From positions 18,230,001 through 18,294,000 of the forward strand of contig NC_087251.1 in assembly GCF_037042905.1 (NCBI RefSeq): a DNA stretch of 64,000 nucleotides, read 5' to 3'. This document shows positions 62,601-64,000 of this stretch, piece after piece (within the stretch, counting starts at the first letter, position 1; every line of letters begins with the position of its first letter). Origin of the DNA: Lytechinus pictus. Lineage: Eukaryota. The position numbers were made by a program, and so were the translations under genes. Under the pieces are notes generated by a model. The model ran no database searches. It saw nothing but the letters and a program-made list of their open reading frames with translations, and was not told where the DNA came from.

Positions 62601-63317
62601 ATTTAAAAAATAAGGAATAACCCGGGGAATAACTCATCGGTAACTAGAACTTACATACAGTAGTATCAAAAGAAAGATTAGACTTCTAACGAAAATAGTG
62701 GGCCTTCGCGTTCAAGATAATATAATGTCATTTCGAATCTAAAAGAAATTAAAATCTGGACAAAACCCGTCCTCCGAATTGCCAACCAGATTACACATGC
62801 AGGCTCGCACTAACACACTACCGTCGGTGAATGGGGATTAAAAATGTAAAAAAAAAGTAAAATGTCAGAAATTGTTGAATAAATCCCCAGAAACGACGGT
62901 TATTCCTGTCTACTTTCCTTCTTGATTTTGATTAGCCGAGAGGCACTGTTCTTTTGGATAAACAGGACTTGCCAGACAAAACCTCCGACAAGTCCTTTCA
63001 TTCATGAATTGCTCCCCAGAGACAGGAGAAATCATATTCATCCAATGATCCACATCCAGTAATGTAATGTTGTGATGAGATGGGGTTTATTACATGTACT
63101 TACACAGAAATAAACGAATGGGACTACAATAGATTATCATGATTATTGAGTAATTTAGTCTACACATTTATCAACGTTTTAATAAACCATGAAATGAAAA
63201 TCAAAATAATTCATTGGGAACAAATAAACTCACAACAGATTTTCCGTCAACCAACCAATTCAATACTTCTTTAATTGACAGCTTTTTGGACAAAATATGT
63301 TCCAAGATCACCGCCAT
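32588..63317 (-). CDS. CDAN1: Codanin-1 (ASF1-binding regulator), complete 22-exon gene, about 1443 aa
   Basis: Exons in transcription order: 63234-63317, 49304-50456, 48624-48810, 47928-48164, 47064-47153, 46600-46672, 45775-45872, 45367-45474, 44651-44702, 43340-43399, 42709-42852, 40836-41002, 40089-40170, 39529-39676, 38460-38587, 37841-38112, 37306-37448, 36493-36653, 36049-36150, 35149-35742, 34411-34582, 32588-32664. Total 4332 nt, all GT-AG and phase-consistent. CDAN1 motifs: [95 protein letters not shown]. Confidence 0.93.
32871..34195 (+). mobile_element. Non-autonomous Helentron-type element (HINE/DINE-1/pearl-like) with an internal tandem array, copy A, in CDAN1 intron 21
   Basis: T-run insertion site; 5' subTIR GTCTCGCCTGCAT with nearby inverted GCGAGAC; (GGC)n microsatellite; six repeats (GGTCAAAGGTC marker at 33072, 33264, 33427, 33590, 33751, 33915); 3' subTIR ATGCAGGCAAGAC at 34163-34175, short tail, then TT. 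Confidence 0.8.
34411..34582 (-). CDS. CDAN1: CDAN1 exon 21
   Basis: [19 protein letters not shown]...; phase 0 to 1, gtaaga donor. Confidence 0.8.
35149..35742 (-). CDS. CDAN1: CDAN1 exon 20
   Basis: ORF 35125-35766; DLTPLAY...[26 protein letters not shown]; phase 0 to 0. Confidence 0.82.
36049..36150 (-). CDS. CDAN1: CDAN1 exon 19
   Basis: DCVHQVLIG...INNRQ; 102 nt, phase 0 to 0. Confidence 0.8.
36493..36653 (-). CDS. CDAN1: CDAN1 exon 18
   Basis: ALQQEVML...[10 protein letters not shown]; phase 1 to 0. Confidence 0.82.
37306..37448 (-). CDS. CDAN1: CDAN1 exon 17
   Basis: [34 protein letters not shown]. Confidence 0.88.
37841..38112 (-). CDS. CDAN1: CDAN1 exon 16
   Basis: [31 protein letters not shown]. 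Confidence 0.9.
38460..38587 (-). CDS. CDAN1: CDAN1 exon 15
   Basis: GDLRGLL...[10 protein letters not shown]; phase 1 to 0. Confidence 0.88.
39105..39520. repeat. Degenerate inverted-repeat element built of short TTGGTCTA / TAGACCAA units
   Basis: The left half is rich in GGTCTA/GTCTAA and the right half in TAGACCAA/TAGACTAA; it abuts the CDAN1 exon 14 donor. Confidence 0.45.
39529..39676 (-). CDS. CDAN1: CDAN1 exon 14
   Basis: [19 protein letters not shown]; phase 0 to 1. Confidence 0.88.
40089..40170 (-). CDS. CDAN1: CDAN1 exon 13
   Basis: [14 protein letters not shown]; phase 2 to 0. Confidence 0.88.
40836..41002 (-). CDS. CDAN1: CDAN1 exon 12
   Basis: [11 protein letters not shown]...[17 protein letters not shown]. 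Confidence 0.88.
41198..42308. mobile_element. hAT-like non-autonomous composite element with a 6-bp TSD
   Basis: Perfect 13-bp TIRs CAGGGATGCCACT / AGTGGCATCCCTG; AATATG on both sides (41192-41197 / 42309-42314). Confidence 0.75.
41530..42071. repeat. About 540-bp interspersed repeat, copy 1 (inside the hAT-like element)
   Basis: Colinear, same-orientation match to 62053-62565, starting at CTAGACCAAAAGCTTCAGTCTC. Confidence 0.9.
42709..42852 (-). CDS. CDAN1: CDAN1 exon 11
   Basis: [28 protein letters not shown]. Confidence 0.9.
42880..43005. repeat. (AAT)n/(AAC)n degenerate microsatellite
   Basis: Directly visible. Confidence 0.8.
43340..43399 (-). CDS. CDAN1: CDAN1 exon 10
   Basis: [20 protein letters not shown]; 60 nt, gtaagt donor. 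Confidence 0.8.
43994..44630. mobile_element. Fold-back MITE with TA TSD (Tc1/mariner-like)
   Basis: TA|CTGTGTGAGT...ACTCACACAG|TA; the arms are inverted over roughly 250 bp (e.g. AATAATTTGATACCATATTTATGTGGTATG and its reverse complement). Confidence 0.8.
44651..44702 (-). CDS. CDAN1: CDAN1 exon 9
   Basis: [17 protein letters not shown]; aag acceptor, gtatgt donor. Confidence 0.85.
45367..45474 (-). CDS. CDAN1: CDAN1 exon 8
   Basis: [32 protein letters not shown]. Confidence 0.9.
45775..45872 (-). CDS. CDAN1: CDAN1 exon 7
   Basis: MCQGDSS...TNPGKFKR; phase 0 to 2. Confidence 0.85.
46600..46672 (-). CDS. CDAN1: CDAN1 exon 6
   Basis: [24 protein letters not shown]; phase 2 to 0. Confidence 0.88.
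47064..47153 (-). CDS. CDAN1: CDAN1 exon 5
   Basis: [19 protein letters not shown]; 90 nt. Confidence 0.9.
47928..48164 (-). CDS. CDAN1: CDAN1 exon 4
   Basis: [14 protein letters not shown]...[20 protein letters not shown]; phase 2 to 2. Confidence 0.9.
48624..48810 (-). CDS. CDAN1: CDAN1 exon 3
   Basis: [18 protein letters not shown]...HNCVYFA; phase 1 to 2. Confidence 0.9.
49304..50456 (-). CDS. CDAN1: CDAN1 exon 2 (large; [21 protein letters not shown]-domain-like motif)
   Basis: ORF 49272-50435; tag acceptor, gtatgg donor; phase 0 to 1. Confidence 0.9.
51568..54260. mobile_element. Tc1/mariner-type non-autonomous element with long TIRs, left TIR interrupted by HINE copy B
   Basis: TA|CAGTGCGTATAAAAA...TTTTTATACGCACTG|TA; the left arm resumes at 52899 (AAAAACGGGACAG...AAGTCTATAAAA) and mirrors about 54040-54260. 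Confidence 0.8.
51583..52898 (-). mobile_element. Non-autonomous Helentron-type element with tandem array, copy B, in CDAN1 intron 1
   Basis: Reverse complement of 32871-34195 along its whole length, with the same six-unit array and the same diagnostic unit variants; inserted in an A/T run. Confidence 0.85.
56046..57352 (+). pseudogene. LINE ORF1 (gag-like nucleic-acid-binding protein), one frameshift near 56466
   Basis: ORFs 56046-56471 and 56567-57352 join by a 1-nt shift in an A-run. Knuckles: [42 protein letters not shown]. Confidence 0.85.
57366..61168 (+). pseudogene. LINE ORF2 (endonuclease, reverse transcriptase, RNase H, zinc finger), disrupted
   Basis: [72 protein letters not shown] at 59422-59433. 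RNase [30 protein letters not shown]. Zinc finger: CDFC...H....C. Several in-frame stops (e.g. 58108, 59198) and frameshifts (about 57425, 58540, 59435). Confidence 0.9.
61755..61996. mobile_element. Fragment of a common MITE family (related fragments at about 430-505, 47735-47880 and 62940-63020)
   Basis: Shared blocks TTGTCAGA...CTGACAA, CTTAGCCAAT and GTTGATGAAAC. Confidence 0.45.
62053..62565. repeat. About 510-bp interspersed repeat, copy 2, in CDAN1 intron 1 near exon 1
   Basis: Matches 41530-42071 but lacks the hairpin insertion present in copy 1. Confidence 0.9.
63234..63317 (-). CDS. CDAN1: CDAN1 exon 1 ([28 protein letters not shown])
   Basis: AAAATGGCG start context; gtgagt donor; phase 0; resembles the vertebrate CDAN1 N-terminus. 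Confidence 0.85.
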
Positions 63318-63856
63318 TTTTAAAAGGCACAGCTGATCAAGACTGGTACAGTTTATTTCCTGTTTGATCTCTCGGTCGCGTCGCCGATCGAGAATCGACG
63401 CCAATACAAATCGTGAAACCTCGTCAACTACCCGCCCGAAGAGTTTGGCACAGTTGTCCGCAGCTTCAATTGTACAGCAGAAGCAGCCAACAGTAGCGTA
63501 CTAGCTGAGAAAGGGCATATGTCTGTAGGAATTTCGCGCCGTTTGCGAGCTTGAGATGATAAACAATAGGGAAACAGCGTGCATAAACAGTACAGAATCA
63601 GAGACTGATACTTGTCAAACGTCAAACTTTATAGCTTCATCTACCTAGCGGGACCTAACTTCATACTTCACCAAACTTAGCTTCAATCTTCATCTCTCTA
63701 CTTGTCAATTCATATGCCCGGTCCTAGTACTAGTAGTACATTTTGGCCTACATTTTTCATATTGTTTTGTCATTGATTGACATTGTTTTTTAGATTACAA
63801 CGCTGCACGCTGATTGTTATTAATCGTCGATATTGAGTCTTTTTGCTGTCATCAAA
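63318..63856. promoter_or_regulatory. Candidate bidirectional promoter between CDAN1 (-) and SIVA1 (+), with an E2F site
   Basis: CpG-enriched 539-bp gap between divergent ATGs; canonical E2F motif TTTCGCGC at 63532-63539; YY1-type CCGCCATTTT overlapping the CDAN1 ATG (63311-63320). Confidence 0.6.
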
Positions 63857-63977
63857 ATGCCGAAACGACCGAATCCCTTCTCTGGTGACTTTTGCCCTTT
63901 TCAACTGAAAACATTTGTGACTCAACGACAAGTTAATATGGGGGTCAACAAGGAAGCAAATATGAAAGTGGTCTATG
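63857..63977 (+). CDS. SIVA1: Apoptosis regulatory protein Siva, first coding exon (gene continues beyond the window)
   Basis: AAAATG start reads MPKRPNPFSGDFCPFQLKTFVTQRQVNMGVNKEANMKVVY(E), then a phase-1 gtgagc donor. This aligns by eye with the human SIVA1 N-terminus as I recall it ([40 protein letters not shown]). A possible 5'UTR acceptor tag| lies at 63793. Confidence 0.82.
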
Positions 63978-64000
63978 GTGAGCATCACATTATGATTGTG

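Noticed and set aside
62428..62637. ORF containing MAAVNEL, resembling the human CDAN1 start MAAVLE
   Set aside because: It runs into the interspersed repeat and has no further similarity. The exon at 63234-63317 fits CDAN1 better and splices in phase.

Overview
AT-rich, intron-containing animal genomic DNA. The repeat landscape suggests an invertebrate deuterostome such as a sea urchin; this is inference. Three host genes can be read by splice-aware inspection. (1) The 3' part of a CEP170/CEP170B-like centrosomal gene on + (11 coding exons, 644-25063; the N-terminal FHA region lies upstream of the window). (2) A complete codanin-1 (CDAN1) gene on - (22 phase-consistent exons, 63317-32588, about 1443 aa). 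(3) The first coding exon of SIVA1 on + (63857-63977), absent from the ORF track and head-to-head with CDAN1 across a shared promoter carrying an E2F site. The introns hold many transposons: a near full-length but disrupted RNase H-bearing I-group LINE in CDAN1 intron 1, two inverted Helentron-type (HINE/DINE-1-like) tandem-array elements bracketing CDAN1 exons 2-21, nested Kolobok/Harbinger and Tc1/HINE insertions, and a 6-bp-TSD hAT-like composite. There are also numerous TACATGTA-type putative excision footprints. Two candidate frame-preserving microexons occur in CEP170. No rRNA, tRNA gene or CRISPR array is supported, and I see no clear novel multi-gene system. The strongest leads are regulatory, splicing and transposon-related.
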